Source: Haloarcula limicola | Lineage (GTDB): Archaea > Halobacteriota > Halobacteria > Halobacteriales > Haloarculaceae | Direction: 5' to 3' | Assembly: GCF_010119205.1 (NCBI RefSeq) | Contig: NZ_WRXM01000002.1 | Coordinates: forward strand, 22,982-54,981 | Length of the DNA stretch: 32,000 bases | In this document: positions 1 through 9,043 of the stretch, in pieces | How the letters are laid out: the number at the start of each line of letters is the position of its first letter | Position numbering within the stretch: the first letter of the stretch is position 1 | The notes under the pieces: model-generated | What the model saw: the letters and a program-made list of their open reading frames with translations, nothing else | Told to the model about the DNA's origin: nothing | The model's database searches: none | Translations under genes and position numbers: made by a program

Positions 1-122
1 ACCTCCACGTACGTATCGTGGATTGGCATCGTATCAATAATCCATCCCGCGAGATGGTCCTTAGAGCCAGGGTACGGGATTGTCCCAGACTGGTTGCTCT
101 TCCGAGGAGTATATCCTCCCAC
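1..122 (-). CDS. DNA methyltransferase, N-terminal fragment (Dam-like / D12-class N6-adenine MTase family); continues beyond left edge
   Basis: Not in the ORF track because it has no in-window stop. Minus-strand frame from a GTG at 122 reads (M)GGYTPRKSNQSGTIPYPGSKDHLAGWIIDTMPIHDTYVE... This matches the N-terminal signature of D12-class methylases (Y/W-x-G-[GS]-K-x-x-L-x-x-x-I, then P-x-H-x-x-YVEPF-G-G). Only 40 codons are visible, and the start codon is inferred. Confidence 0.4.
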   Translation of the reverse strand, partial: MGGYTPRKSNQSGTIPYPGSKDHLAGWIIDTMPIHDTYVE

Positions 123-417
123 TTCCTGTGTTGGGTTGATTTCTCGCGGATAATAGATACGGGGGCTCTTCCAGTGCCACCTTCGCTCCGAAGGAAATCT
201 AAAGACTCCATCGCATCAAGCGTGTCCTGAACGGTCCGTTCGGAAGGTGGATCTGTTTCAATTATATTTTGGATCTCAGTTGCCCGAAATGACCGTCGGA
301 TCCATAAGTTGCAGTGTCGCAGACCAAATCTTATCGCGTTGAGTCGGCACTAGCGTGAAGATATATTCGTATAAATTGAATTCTTTCGATTCAGCCTCAG
401 TCTTGATAGTGGCTCAC

Positions 418-1146
418 TCAGGGCGGCCCTCGAATTGGGCCTTGCCGTACGACTTCACCCTCTCGGAGACGTTGTCGTAACTCCGCCATCGACAGGGACA
501 TTCGTTGTGGGAGTGTCTGTTGACCGTCATTCCGATAGTGGCTTACGAAGAGTTCGTGACTCCCTGGTTGACGGAATATTGAGACACGTCGCCCATCGAG
601 ATCGAAGTCACCGTGGCAGAACCAGTCTTCATACCGGTCATAGGTTGGTATTCTGAGTTCCGTGTCTCCCAACCAAGGCGGTTGGTACTCAAACTCGCTC
701 CACGTGATTGGGGAACCAAGAGAAAGTTCGCCGTCAACAAGCGAGGCAACACCCAAGGATGGCCGAGATGACAGATGCTTACCCAGCAGTTCTTCTGTTT
801 TGCGTCGGTCCTCGACAGCATCAACGGTGAAAACCCAGAAGACTGCGTAGCCATGGCGAAGATGGTCGAGGGTTGCCCGCCGCCGCTCCTTATCCGACGC
901 TGGTGTCTCAACTTCCACGACAAATCGCTGGGGTATATCAGGCGGAGATTCGGACAACTGACAGCGGATATCACCAATCAACTCCCCCGTCTTTCGCTCC
1001 GTCTCGATTGATCCGACTACTGCTGCGTCGGAACGCAAAAGCTCCACGACAGCTGCTTTAATGGCCCAATGAAGGCGCGACTCGTTTTTCTGCTCCACTG
1101 AATAATCCAGCCGAAGATTCGGGTGAATGTCGAGCAAACCAGACAT
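418..1146 (-). CDS. Hypothetical protein (242 aa); weak restriction-endonuclease-like / CoiA-like nuclease core
   Basis: ATG-initiated ORF with acidic composition. The segment GDIRC...RFVVEVETPASD resembles a D...E-x-E/Q nuclease core, but the canonical Lys is absent. It lies upstream of, and on the same strand as, the partial methyltransferase. Confidence 0.55.
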   Translation of the reverse strand: MSGLLDIHPNLRLDYSVEQKNESRLHWAIKAAVVELLRSDAAVVGSIETERKTGELIGDIRCQLSESPPDIPQRFVVEVETPASDKERRRATLDHLRHGYAVFWVFTVDAVEDRRKTEELLGKHLSSRPSLGVASLVDGELSLGSPITWSEFEYQPPWLGDTELRIPTYDRYEDWFCHGDFDLDGRRVSIFRQPGSHELFVSHYRNDGQQTLPQRMSLSMAELRQRLREGEVVRQGPIRGPP

Positions 1147-1274
1147 CTTCGGGGTGTTCCTCGGGCCACCACAAAACTAGACCGTCACAAAATATCAGAG
1201 TGTCACTTTTTGGGGAACCCTATCCCCACTTAGGCCAATCACATACTAGTGGCTCTGCCGCTGCGAAACACACG

Positions 1275-1601
1275 ATGGCTCCTGAAAAATCCGCTGAACG
1301 CGTGATGTTGGAAGTAGTTGCGTTTCACGATCCAATCGACTACCACCGGCTTCGTCGACTCGTAGGGGAGCGGATGAGCAAGTACTCAAGCGAACGCCAT
1401 CGCGAGGCCCTACAAAACCTCCAAAAACTCGATTTGGTTGAAAGGCCCGGGATGGCCCATGAATACATCCATATCTCAGAAGAGGGCTGGGAACATCTTG
1501 GAGGAGACATACCACGACACAAGCCAAACACGGCGACACAGAGCTCGCCCACTTGCGAGATCTGTGCGACCGACGAATCCGTCGAAGCGAGCTGGTCGTA
1601 A
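1275..1601 (+). CDS. Small hypothetical protein (108 aa), probable winged-helix DNA-binding protein
   Basis: I prefer the ATG at 1275 to the track's GTG at 1200. The stretch LRRLVGE...REALQNLQKLDLVERPG...YIHISEEGWEHL looks like the recognition helix and wing of a wHTH. The C-terminus has a CEIC pair. Confidence 0.5.
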   Translation: MAPEKSAERVMLEVVAFHDPIDYHRLRRLVGERMSKYSSERHREALQNLQKLDLVERPGMAHEYIHISEEGWEHLGGDIPRHKPNTATQSSPTCEICATDESVEASWS

Positions 1602-1663
1602 CGAGTGGGGCTGGTCCTAGGCTTTATCCTAGTCGCTTGAGCAGACTCCGGTACAGGTCAACG

Positions 1664-2029
1664 ATGAGTCTGCTCCAACGCTTCAAAAACACCGTTAAGC
1701 ACTCGAAACGCAGGTATTCGGCTAGTACTCCCTCAGTCCCCCCGTCTGTAGCCTACGACCTTTTATCGAACAAACGACGTCGGCATATTATCGTTTATTT
1801 GGTAGAGATGGAGGGGCCCATCACCGATGCTGGCGAAATCGCCGACTATCTCGCATCCATTGGAGATGATCGGAAATCTGCGTACATCTCAAATATACAA
1901 CAACAGCTCCCTCGGCTTTCAGAGGCGGGCGTCATTGACTATGATTCACGTCAAAAGACCGTTCGTCCACTGGCTCCTCTTGATGCAGTCTACTCCGCAC
2001 ACAGGGCCGTAGAACGTGCTCTGGATTAA
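1664..2029 (+). CDS. ArsR/DUF7344-like HTH protein (121 aa)
   Basis: I prefer the ATG at 1664; the track's upstream extension is basic and overlaps the previous gene. The motif YDLLSNKRRRHIIVYL...ITDAGEIADYLA...QQQLPRLSEAGVIDYD is the pattern of small haloarchaeal HTH proteins. Confidence 0.6.
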   Translation: MSLLQRFKNTVKHSKRRYSASTPSVPPSVAYDLLSNKRRRHIIVYLVEMEGPITDAGEIADYLASIGDDRKSAYISNIQQQLPRLSEAGVIDYDSRQKTVRPLAPLDAVYSAHRAVERALD

Positions 2030-2163
2030 CGCCTGTTGCTGGATTTGAGGTCTCGCCACCGAAAGTGCTTGCTCTTGCCGTTGTCAAACTCCACAAGATA
2101 GATCAAACTGTCTCGTTCATCACCGGTTTCCTGCCCGGCAACATCCCGGTCAATATCGACCAC
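2026..2163 (-). CDS. Possible unlisted small ORF (45 aa from GTG; open frame extends to ~2230 without an ATG)
   Basis: The minus-strand frame reads ...VVDIDRDVAGQETGDERDSLIYLVEFDNGKSKHFRWRDLKSSNRR*. It looks like a small beta-rich domain. Its stop (2026-2028) overlaps the stop of the convergent 1664..2029 gene. The start is uncertain, and it may be a remnant. Confidence 0.25.
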   Translation of the reverse strand: MVDIDRDVAGQETGDERDSLIYLVEFDNGKSKHFRWRDLKSSNRR

Positions 2164-2314
2164 TCGTCCTTCGCGACTATGGACCAGTTCATAGTCTGGA
2201 TCGGTGATGAACTGCCCTCTGATACTACTTGAGCCACGCCACGGCTGCTCTAGTTACGCTACCGATCACAGACCACTTACAAAGGGTGACTACGATGATA
2301 CTATGAAGACTAGG

Positions 2315-5300
2315 CTACCGGTCGTCGTAGTCTCGTGCGTCGCAGTCCCAGCGGAAATCGCACTCGTCGCACGTTGCCTTGTCGGGGAGGTCGTCTTCGT
2401 CCCAGTCGTCCAGGTCGTCCCAGTCGTTGTGTTCGCGGACGTGCTCGAGTTCGGTTACCGTGTTCTCGAACCGGGACATCGCCGCTCGGATCTCACTCTC
2501 GGTGAAGTCTAATTCGAGTCGGGTGGCTTCCGGATCTTCCTCGCCGAGGAAGTACAGCACTGCACTGTCTGGGTACTCGTCTTCCTTCTCGGCGTAGAGC
2601 CCTGCGTAGACGAGCAGTTGTTCGCGGTAGTCCTGGAGGTACCCCCCTCCAGAATTCGGTCGCTGGCTCGCCTTGTAGTCGCAGAGCTTCGTGTGGCCTG
2701 CTTCGTCTGCGATCACGTCGGCGACTCCGGTGAGGATGAAGCTGCCAGCGTTACGCCGGAGTTTGCACTCGGTGTTGATGACCTGGGGGTACAGGTCCGG
2801 TCCGATTTGGGCGTTGAACCGCTTGACGTGTTGGAACACAGCGTTGACCGCGTCCTGCCCCATCGGCATGATCCGCTGGTCCCGGAGCGACTCTACGACA
2901 CTATCGAACTCGTCACGCAGTTTGCCCTCGTCGGGGGTTGTACCTTCGGCTACGCCGTCAACATCACCGTTGTAGTAGCGGTGTGCCCAGTCAAGTGTCT
3001 GGTGGACGGCTAGCCCAGCGAACAGCTGGGTCCCGCTCCCGGCGGCGAACTCGTGCTCGGTGTGGTACCCGTACTGTCGCTTGCACCGTCGGAACGAGAG
3101 CACGTCAGCGACGATCGAGTAGGTCCGACGGGTGTCGTCGGTGGAAGGCGGGCCGACCGTAGTTCCGTCGGGGGCGAGTTCGGCTTCCTGGTCCAGCCGC
3201 TGGTCTGCGTCGAACCAGTCGACACCGACTGGACCGCTGGCGTCAGCGCCGAGCGAAGGGAGCACCGTACTCCCGTCGGCCCCCCGGAGGTAGTAGTCAG
3301 TTCCCAGAAGCACAAGGTTGTCCTCTGCGCGCGAGTGCGCGACGTAGAACTGCCGGACTTGGTCCCGCTCGGCACGTGTGGGAACGTCCGTCGGTGGGGT
3401 ACAGTCGGTGTAGTCGCTGAGCAGGTCCGCTACTCGGGGGACCACCTCTCCGTCGTCTGTAACGTCGTAGTTCTTCTCTGCGGTCCGTTCCAAGCTCGCG
3501 AGGAAGACCACCGGAAACTCTAGGCCCTTGGCTTGATGGACCGTCATCACCTGGACGTGCCCGCTCGGGAAGGTGTCGTACTGGTCCTCCGGGTCGTCGA
3601 GACCTTTGCTCTGGAGGTACTGACCGAACGTCCAGTAGAAGTCGCTCAGAAACCGCACCGAGACGGTGTCGTACTCGTCGTGAGATGTGCGGGTGAGCTT
3701 TCGGTTCTCGGTCACGCCCTCCGCGATGCCCTCGAATGCCTCGAGAAGCTGGCTGAGCTTCCCCAGCCGCTTGGCGCGGTTGACGTGGCCGTCGTCTTTC
3801 GTCCACGTCGAGAACGGCTCGAAGGACCTGATCCGGTTGTAGAGGTCGACGGCGGAGACGTCGGCTACGCTGCCAGAGGGAGCACTTCGAATCCGGGCGG
3901 CTGTGACTTCGAGGTAGTTCGCGAGGTCCTTCGCGTCGTGTCGTTCAATCACGTCGTCCAGAGTGGTGAGCCACTCTTGGAAGTCATCCCCGAGCCCACC
4001 GTAGGGAAGCACGTTGTCTTCCGCCCACTGAAGGTCCGGGTCGAAACACACTGCTAGCGCTGCTAACATCGCCTGAACCTCCTCGTGCTGGACGAATCCC
4101 TTGTTCCGCGGGTTGTGTACCGGGATGTCGCGCGCCTCCAATGCGTTGACGCACTCCCCGACGAACGTCGTGTTGTCCCACTGCGGCCAGTATTCACGAG
4201 TACTGTGGGCTAGCAGTGCCACCTGGTTGAGGTCCTGCACGTAGCCTTCAGCGTGAAGTCGTTGGACTTGGTCAGCGAAGGCTGCCGCGGCCTGCGCTTT
4301 GTTGTCCTCCTTCAGGAGGTGGACGCTTGGGTGGTCGACGGCGTCACGTGCCGCGTTTAGTGGCTCCTTGCCCGGTGCACGGGCCCCAGTGACCTGCATC
4401 GTCGGGTAATAGCCGATGTGGCGGTTGACCCACTCGACGATCTCCGGACGGGAACGGTAGTTCCAGCGCAGTTGTTGCGTCTCGATTTCGTCTTGGTCGA
4501 TACCAAGGTAATCGGACAGACGTTCGGGAAACTCAATCAGACAGTCGACGGTCCCACCGCGGAACCGGTAGAGCGCCTGGTCGTCGTCCCCTACCACTAC
4601 TAACGTCGGGACCTGGTCCGGCATCAGCTCGGCGAGTCGGAAGTAGATCGCCTGCTGGAGGGGGTTCACGTCTTGGTACTCGTCAACAGCGATCCGCTGC
4701 AACGGTGGCTCCTCGCGTTCTGAGTCCCCTTGTGCGAACCGCTGGCCAGCCTCTGTGTCGAGAAACGCCAGGAACCGCTCCTGAAGTCGCGCGAAGTCAC
4801 ACCGCGACTCGTCCCGCAGTGTTGCTAGGTAGTCCCGGTACCCCTCGGCTAGCCGCCTGTACTCGAGTCGGTCGGACTCGGCGAGTGCTTCGACGTCGAC
4901 TCGCAGTTGCGAAAGTCGGTTGAACAACCGTTTCGCGGTGGTGGCCGCAGCCCCCTTCGAGCAGGTGCCGTCGTCGTTCATCCGGGGAACGACGTCTCGG
5001 AACGTGGCGACGTCACCGTCGGCGAGCACGTCGACGTACTCGCTGTGGCGGGCGATGAACATCTCCTGGGCGTCCTCGTCCAAGAGGTCGACGTTGCGGT
5101 AGTCGTCGAACCGGTAGTCGCGCATGATCTCGCCCCAAAGCTGGTGGCCAGTGCCCACGTGTAACTCGTCGACGGAGAACACGTCGTCGTAGCCGAGGGC
5201 GGCGAGATCGCGTTCCAGACGCTGCTCGAGGTTCTCGGCGGCCTTCTCAGTGAAGGTGGTGAGGATGATCCCACCGGGCGGGATGCCGTCCACTAGCAAC

Positions 5301-5545
5301 CACTTCAGGACCGTCACCTCGGTCACGGTACTCTTACCTGCGCCCGGTCCTGCCGTCAGGTGCAGTGGCCCTGTTTCGTGCCGGATGGCGGTTTCTTGGT
5401 CGTCGTCGAACGACCAGTTTGGGTCGTCGTTCTGGACCTGTCGCACCGCCCGCATGACCTCAAGGAACTCGTCGAGTTCGAGGTCATCCGGCGACGTTTC
5501 GGGTCCAGGTGTCGGGTGTTCGTCTGTCACGGTTGTGTGCCCCAA
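2315..5545 (-). CDS. UvrD/Rep/AddA-type SF1 helicase fused to a C-terminal RecB/Cas4-like PD-(D/E)xK nuclease with a 4-Cys cluster (1076 aa)
   Basis: All SF1A motifs are visible: AGPGAGKST (I), TFTEKAA (Ia), VDEYQDVNPLQ (II), VVGDDDQALYRFRGG (III), NYRSRPEIV (IV), TVHQAKGLEFPVVFL (V), YVAHSRAEDNLVLL (VI). The C-terminus carries FRRCKRQY, GVADVI, LCDYK, QLLVYAGLY and CDECDFRWDC (C...CxxCxxxxxC, as in AddB/Cas4 Fe-S nucleases). Confidence 0.9.
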   Translation of the reverse strand: MGHTTVTDEHPTPGPETSPDDLELDEFLEVMRAVRQVQNDDPNWSFDDDQETAIRHETGPLHLTAGPGAGKSTVTEVTVLKWLLVDGIPPGGIILTTFTEKAAENLEQRLERDLAALGYDDVFSVDELHVGTGHQLWGEIMRDYRFDDYRNVDLLDEDAQEMFIARHSEYVDVLADGDVATFRDVVPRMNDDGTCSKGAAATTAKRLFNRLSQLRVDVEALAESDRLEYRRLAEGYRDYLATLRDESRCDFARLQERFLAFLDTEAGQRFAQGDSEREEPPLQRIAVDEYQDVNPLQQAIYFRLAELMPDQVPTLVVVGDDDQALYRFRGGTVDCLIEFPERLSDYLGIDQDEIETQQLRWNYRSRPEIVEWVNRHIGYYPTMQVTGARAPGKEPLNAARDAVDHPSVHLLKEDNKAQAAAAFADQVQRLHAEGYVQDLNQVALLAHSTREYWPQWDNTTFVGECVNALEARDIPVHNPRNKGFVQHEEVQAMLAALAVCFDPDLQWAEDNVLPYGGLGDDFQEWLTTLDDVIERHDAKDLANYLEVTAARIRSAPSGSVADVSAVDLYNRIRSFEPFSTWTKDDGHVNRAKRLGKLSQLLEAFEGIAEGVTENRKLTRTSHDEYDTVSVRFLSDFYWTFGQYLQSKGLDDPEDQYDTFPSGHVQVMTVHQAKGLEFPVVFLASLERTAEKNYDVTDDGEVVPRVADLLSDYTDCTPPTDVPTRAERDQVRQFYVAHSRAEDNLVLLGTDYYLRGADGSTVLPSLGADASGPVGVDWFDADQRLDQEAELAPDGTTVGPPSTDDTRRTYSIVADVLSFRRCKRQYGYHTEHEFAAGSGTQLFAGLAVHQTLDWAHRYYNGDVDGVAEGTTPDEGKLRDEFDSVVESLRDQRIMPMGQDAVNAVFQHVKRFNAQIGPDLYPQVINTECKLRRNAGSFILTGVADVIADEAGHTKLCDYKASQRPNSGGGYLQDYREQLLVYAGLYAEKEDEYPDSAVLYFLGEEDPEATRLELDFTESEIRAAMSRFENTVTELEHVREHNDWDDLDDWDEDDLPDKATCDECDFRWDCDARDYDDR

Positions 5546-5623
5546 AAGGGCGATGCCCGCCGCCCGAGTCGAACGGGACGTGCTCCGAACGGGCCGAAGT
5601 TGTCGCTCAGTGATGTGAATTTG

Positions 5624-5641
5624 CCGCCGCTACAGCGGCGG
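5624..5641 (-). terminator. GC-rich hairpin spanning the stop codon of the 126-aa gene
   Basis: CCGCCGCT-AC-AGCGGCGG forms 6-8 bp of perfect complementarity. It sits between the 126-aa gene and the helicase gene. No strong T-run follows, so a terminator function is uncertain. Confidence 0.2.
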
Positions 5642-6010
5642 ATCAATGAGCATCCAGTCGTTGGCCTTGCACTCCGTACAGGTCGCTGTCCCGTCCGCGC
5701 CGGGTTCCTTCATGCCGCACTTTCGACACTCAAGTGTCGGCGATGCGTCGGTGAACAGAACAGTTTCTCCGCGTGCGTACACGACCGTCGCGACGTGCGA
5801 GTGCTGGCGGAGGAGAACGAGCGGGATGCCGGATTCCTGCGTTAGGCGAGCCTCCGTGTAGTTCTTGCCCTCGATTTCCACGCGGAGGCCGGTAGCGAAC
5901 CGGTAGGAGAGGTCAGCAGCCGTGACCATCGGAGAATCCGACCGCTGGATGTAGCGCTGGAGGGCGTGGGACGAGACCTCCGGCGTTGAGCCGCTGGTGT
6001 TGATGCTCAT
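5630..6010 (-). CDS. Small protein (126 aa): DUF4258-like N-terminal region plus C-terminal zinc ribbon
   Basis: SSHALQRYIQR ... IPLVLLRQHSHVATVVYA resembles the H-A-x-x-R-x-x-x-R pattern of DUF4258-type small toxin-like domains (weak). The C-terminus has CRKC...CTEC, i.e. two CxxC pairs. It lies directly upstream of the helicase-nuclease on the same strand. Confidence 0.55.
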   Translation of the reverse strand: MSINTSGSTPEVSSHALQRYIQRSDSPMVTAADLSYRFATGLRVEIEGKNYTEARLTQESGIPLVLLRQHSHVATVVYARGETVLFTDASPTLECRKCGMKEPGADGTATCTECKANDWMLIDPPL

Positions 6011-6598
6011 CGGCCCATCACCTCGACTTGCTGTGCCAAGGTCCGTCCGAGAGCGAGCGTTACTACTAAGTCTCTGTAGGGGTAACCCTTCATTGCGATC
6101 ACTTGATTAGGCCGCTCCAACGGCCATTTTCACCGCGTGGGTGTTGGCGCACCCGCGTGACAACGCACATTCAGGCCGGGCCTCGGTCACTGCCGACCGG
6201 TCGCGATGGTCCGGAACGCCTTATTGCGTGCCACAAGCTACTGTTAGGGCGAGCCTTATTAAAGTTATTGGTTGTGGACTCTCTTTCCAGGTTACACAGG
6301 CGTCAATAGGTGATCAGACGCTTTGGTGCCGCCATTCTCGACCACGATGCTGGCCGGAGGGTATCACCGTGCAGAGGGAAGGAGATCCTGAACTGATCTG
6401 ATCCGCGCTACTGTAGGCTATTAGATATCGGGACCGACCACAGGCCCGGCTAGATGGCGCTAGTAGGGTCTTGACAGAGGCAACTAGTACTGTCGCACGC
6501 TATTTTTATATGTGGTGGCGCTATAGGTTCCAATAACGAATCGTCGAAGCACGTTATCGTCTCTAACAAGAGGCGATTGTGATCAAACTCCACCCAAC

Positions 6599-8950
6599 AT
6601 GAGTGAATCATCGGACCGAGCTGGACTCCCGAAATCAGTTGAGTATCAACCCCTCCCCAATATCTACCGTGCGTTCGCCGCAGGGGCCTCTCCATACGCG
6701 ATAGTATCCGAGACAATTGACAATTCGATCGACTTCGTCCGTCGACAGGCGTTAGATGGAGCTAAGTACCCAGATACGTTAAAAGTAGAAGTCCGATACG
6801 AACCCCCTTCTACTACCGAATCCGATGCGGAAAACTCGGCTGTTGATGATCAGAGTCCCGAGCGATTGATAATTGTTGATAATGCCGGCGGTGTTCCGCC
6901 GAACGAACTGGCCCGATTCTTTCAGTTAGGCCACACGGATGCTCCACCTGAGGGAATTGGGCGCTTCGGTGTCGGAGCGAAACGACTCATCGGTATTGGA
7001 GACCGTATCAAATACGAGTCACATGCGAATGGATACGAAGTTGCTGCGGGTTTCGAAGTGGATGCTCGAGATCTCAAAGCCACCGAAAATAACAAACTCG
7101 CCGACGACGATGTCTACCAATCGGATGTTTATCGAGTTGATGATTTAGAGGAAGGCCATACAAGAATCATCGTTGAAGATCTGAATGAAAACGTCTGGTC
7201 AAACCTGCTTGGACGAGACAGAGATGAGATTGACGAGAGGGCTAGCGATTCTCTCTGGCGACTTGGTGAGACATACGAGCACTTCCTTCGAAACGGAATT
7301 CACATCGCTGCTCCATCAAGTGAAACTGAAGGTTCTATCGAGTTCGAACTCAGTTGGTCTGGTCCTGAACACGGGGAACAAGTAGATGTCCCCAATCCAG
7401 TCCAACTTAGTTGGCTACCGCTCGATGGACTTCATCCGAGACGGTATGAGCGACTTCCCTTCGCGAATACTACCGAAATCGAATTAGAGGACGCTCTTCG
7501 GGCCGACATCACGGTGGCCTTAATGCCCTCGTCAAAGCCCAAAGATGCTGGGCTAACGGTAACGATGAATAACCGGAACGTACTGTTCCGAGACACCGAT
7601 AACGATTTGTTCTCTACTCGGTACCTTGGCAAATTCCGCGAATCACAAGGTCACGGTCGGCTGCATTGCGTCATCGAATTATATGGCCCGGCAGAGGATA
7701 TGCCTTGGTCTGATACGAAGGATGGCCTCGATGGAACTCAAGAGATAACCGATCATCTTCTTAATGTCACAGAAAATGCCCTTAGCGAATATCGACGTCA
7801 GACTTACGAAAATCTCCCAAAATGGATCTTAGCTGCCTACTCCGGCGAGGATATACAGACGTTTGACAACCACATTCGTGACGAGATCTCCGAAACCGTT
7901 GAAACAATCGACAAATCGAATTCAAAAGTCAATAGCCCTCGCTTCAATGAGAAACCCGGAAGTACCGCAACTGGCAAGTACTATCGGTTGTATCCCGAAC
8001 GAGATGGTCTCATCAAGCGCGTTCGGTTACACTCGGAACTCCGAATTCGAGCAGACGATTCAGTAGCGATTAAAGGACTACCTGCTTACCGGCGTTACTT
8101 CGAGACGGAATACGATCACGAGAGCATCACAGAGCTCTCTCCCAAAGAATGCCCTGACCCTGAGGACTTTGAGGTGCCAGTTTTCGCAGATAGTCCGAAC
8201 ACAATCCCGTTGATTGAGGACATCAAGAAACTCGCAGAGACTCACGCCGCCGAAGAGAGAGCAATTACAAATGAGACCGACGGAGTGCCTGCTTGGCTCT
8301 TGCCAAGGTACCAAGAGGAGTTCAAGCAGCACGGTACCACCCTTGAGTCAGCGACCACCATCGGCGAATTCGATTTCGACTCTTGGCGTGCCAAGCACTC
8401 TACATCAGAGGACGTGCGTCGAGGACCAGAGTTCTCTGAACCCGAATCAGAACCGAGCCCTGACCAGCCCGACTCTCCTGATAAACGCCCAACACGTAGT
8501 TCCCCAGCCGACCGGTTAATCGAATCATCAAGTGAAACGACAGGACGTTCATCATCCGGGAACCATGGGGGTAGTTCCAGTACAACTGAGACGTCGAAAG
8601 GTCAATCGTCTGAGGATAGTACGGACCTCTCCAACTTCCAGAGGAGTTCCGTTGTGTCTGACTCCGGGACTGAAGAAGCCAGTATCCCTGAGCGAGAAGT
8701 ACCATCTCCAGATTTTGATTCACAGCAACTTGAAGAACTTCGTAGTGTGTTGGAATTAGACGACGACGCATCCATGGCCACTGTTGTAGACACTGTACGG
8801 GAGCTACAGAGTGAACGTCAGAGGATACAGAATGAACGGAAGCAGCTCATTAACTACCTTGAGCAGCTCAGTGATGTTGTCAATTTTGAAATGATTTTTG
8901 ACGAACCCCCAGATCTTGAAGCGCTGAAAGAAGACAAAAACGAGCCTTGA
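6599..8950 (+). CDS. GHKL-superfamily (MORC/HATPase_c_3-like) ATPase with long C-terminal region, Ser/Glu-rich disordered linker and terminal coiled coil (783 aa)
   Basis: Bergerat-fold motifs are present: VSETIDNSIDF (N-box ExxxNxxD), IIVDNAGGVPPNEL (DxGxG) and GIGRFGVGAKRL (GxxGxG). A low-complexity S/T/E-rich stretch occurs near residues ~600-720. The end is heptad-like: VRELQSERQRIQNERKQLINYLEQL. Confidence 0.85.
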   Translation: MSESSDRAGLPKSVEYQPLPNIYRAFAAGASPYAIVSETIDNSIDFVRRQALDGAKYPDTLKVEVRYEPPSTTESDAENSAVDDQSPERLIIVDNAGGVPPNELARFFQLGHTDAPPEGIGRFGVGAKRLIGIGDRIKYESHANGYEVAAGFEVDARDLKATENNKLADDDVYQSDVYRVDDLEEGHTRIIVEDLNENVWSNLLGRDRDEIDERASDSLWRLGETYEHFLRNGIHIAAPSSETEGSIEFELSWSGPEHGEQVDVPNPVQLSWLPLDGLHPRRYERLPFANTTEIELEDALRADITVALMPSSKPKDAGLTVTMNNRNVLFRDTDNDLFSTRYLGKFRESQGHGRLHCVIELYGPAEDMPWSDTKDGLDGTQEITDHLLNVTENALSEYRRQTYENLPKWILAAYSGEDIQTFDNHIRDEISETVETIDKSNSKVNSPRFNEKPGSTATGKYYRLYPERDGLIKRVRLHSELRIRADDSVAIKGLPAYRRYFETEYDHESITELSPKECPDPEDFEVPVFADSPNTIPLIEDIKKLAETHAAEERAITNETDGVPAWLLPRYQEEFKQHGTTLESATTIGEFDFDSWRAKHSTSEDVRRGPEFSEPESEPSPDQPDSPDKRPTRSSPADRLIESSSETTGRSSSGNHGGSSSTTETSKGQSSEDSTDLSNFQRSSVVSDSGTEEASIPEREVPSPDFDSQQLEELRSVLELDDDASMATVVDTVRELQSERQRIQNERKQLINYLEQLSDVVNFEMIFDEPPDLEALKEDKNEP

Positions 8951-9043
8951 CAGTATATGTATCAGAGTAATCGACTCGGAGAAACAGTTCCGCGATTAAT
9001 ATCCGCGATACATCCCCTGCAACCCACAGTATCTTCACCTCAG

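Noticed and set aside
18-230. 70-aa plus-strand ORF at the left edge
   Set aside because: It is basic and low-complexity with no motif. The opposite strand, in another frame, encodes a recognisable methyltransferase N-terminus.
2204-2512. 102-aa plus-strand ORF overlapping the helicase 3' end
   Set aside because: It is antisense to the conserved Cys-rich nuclease C-terminus, and its product is Val-rich and repetitive.
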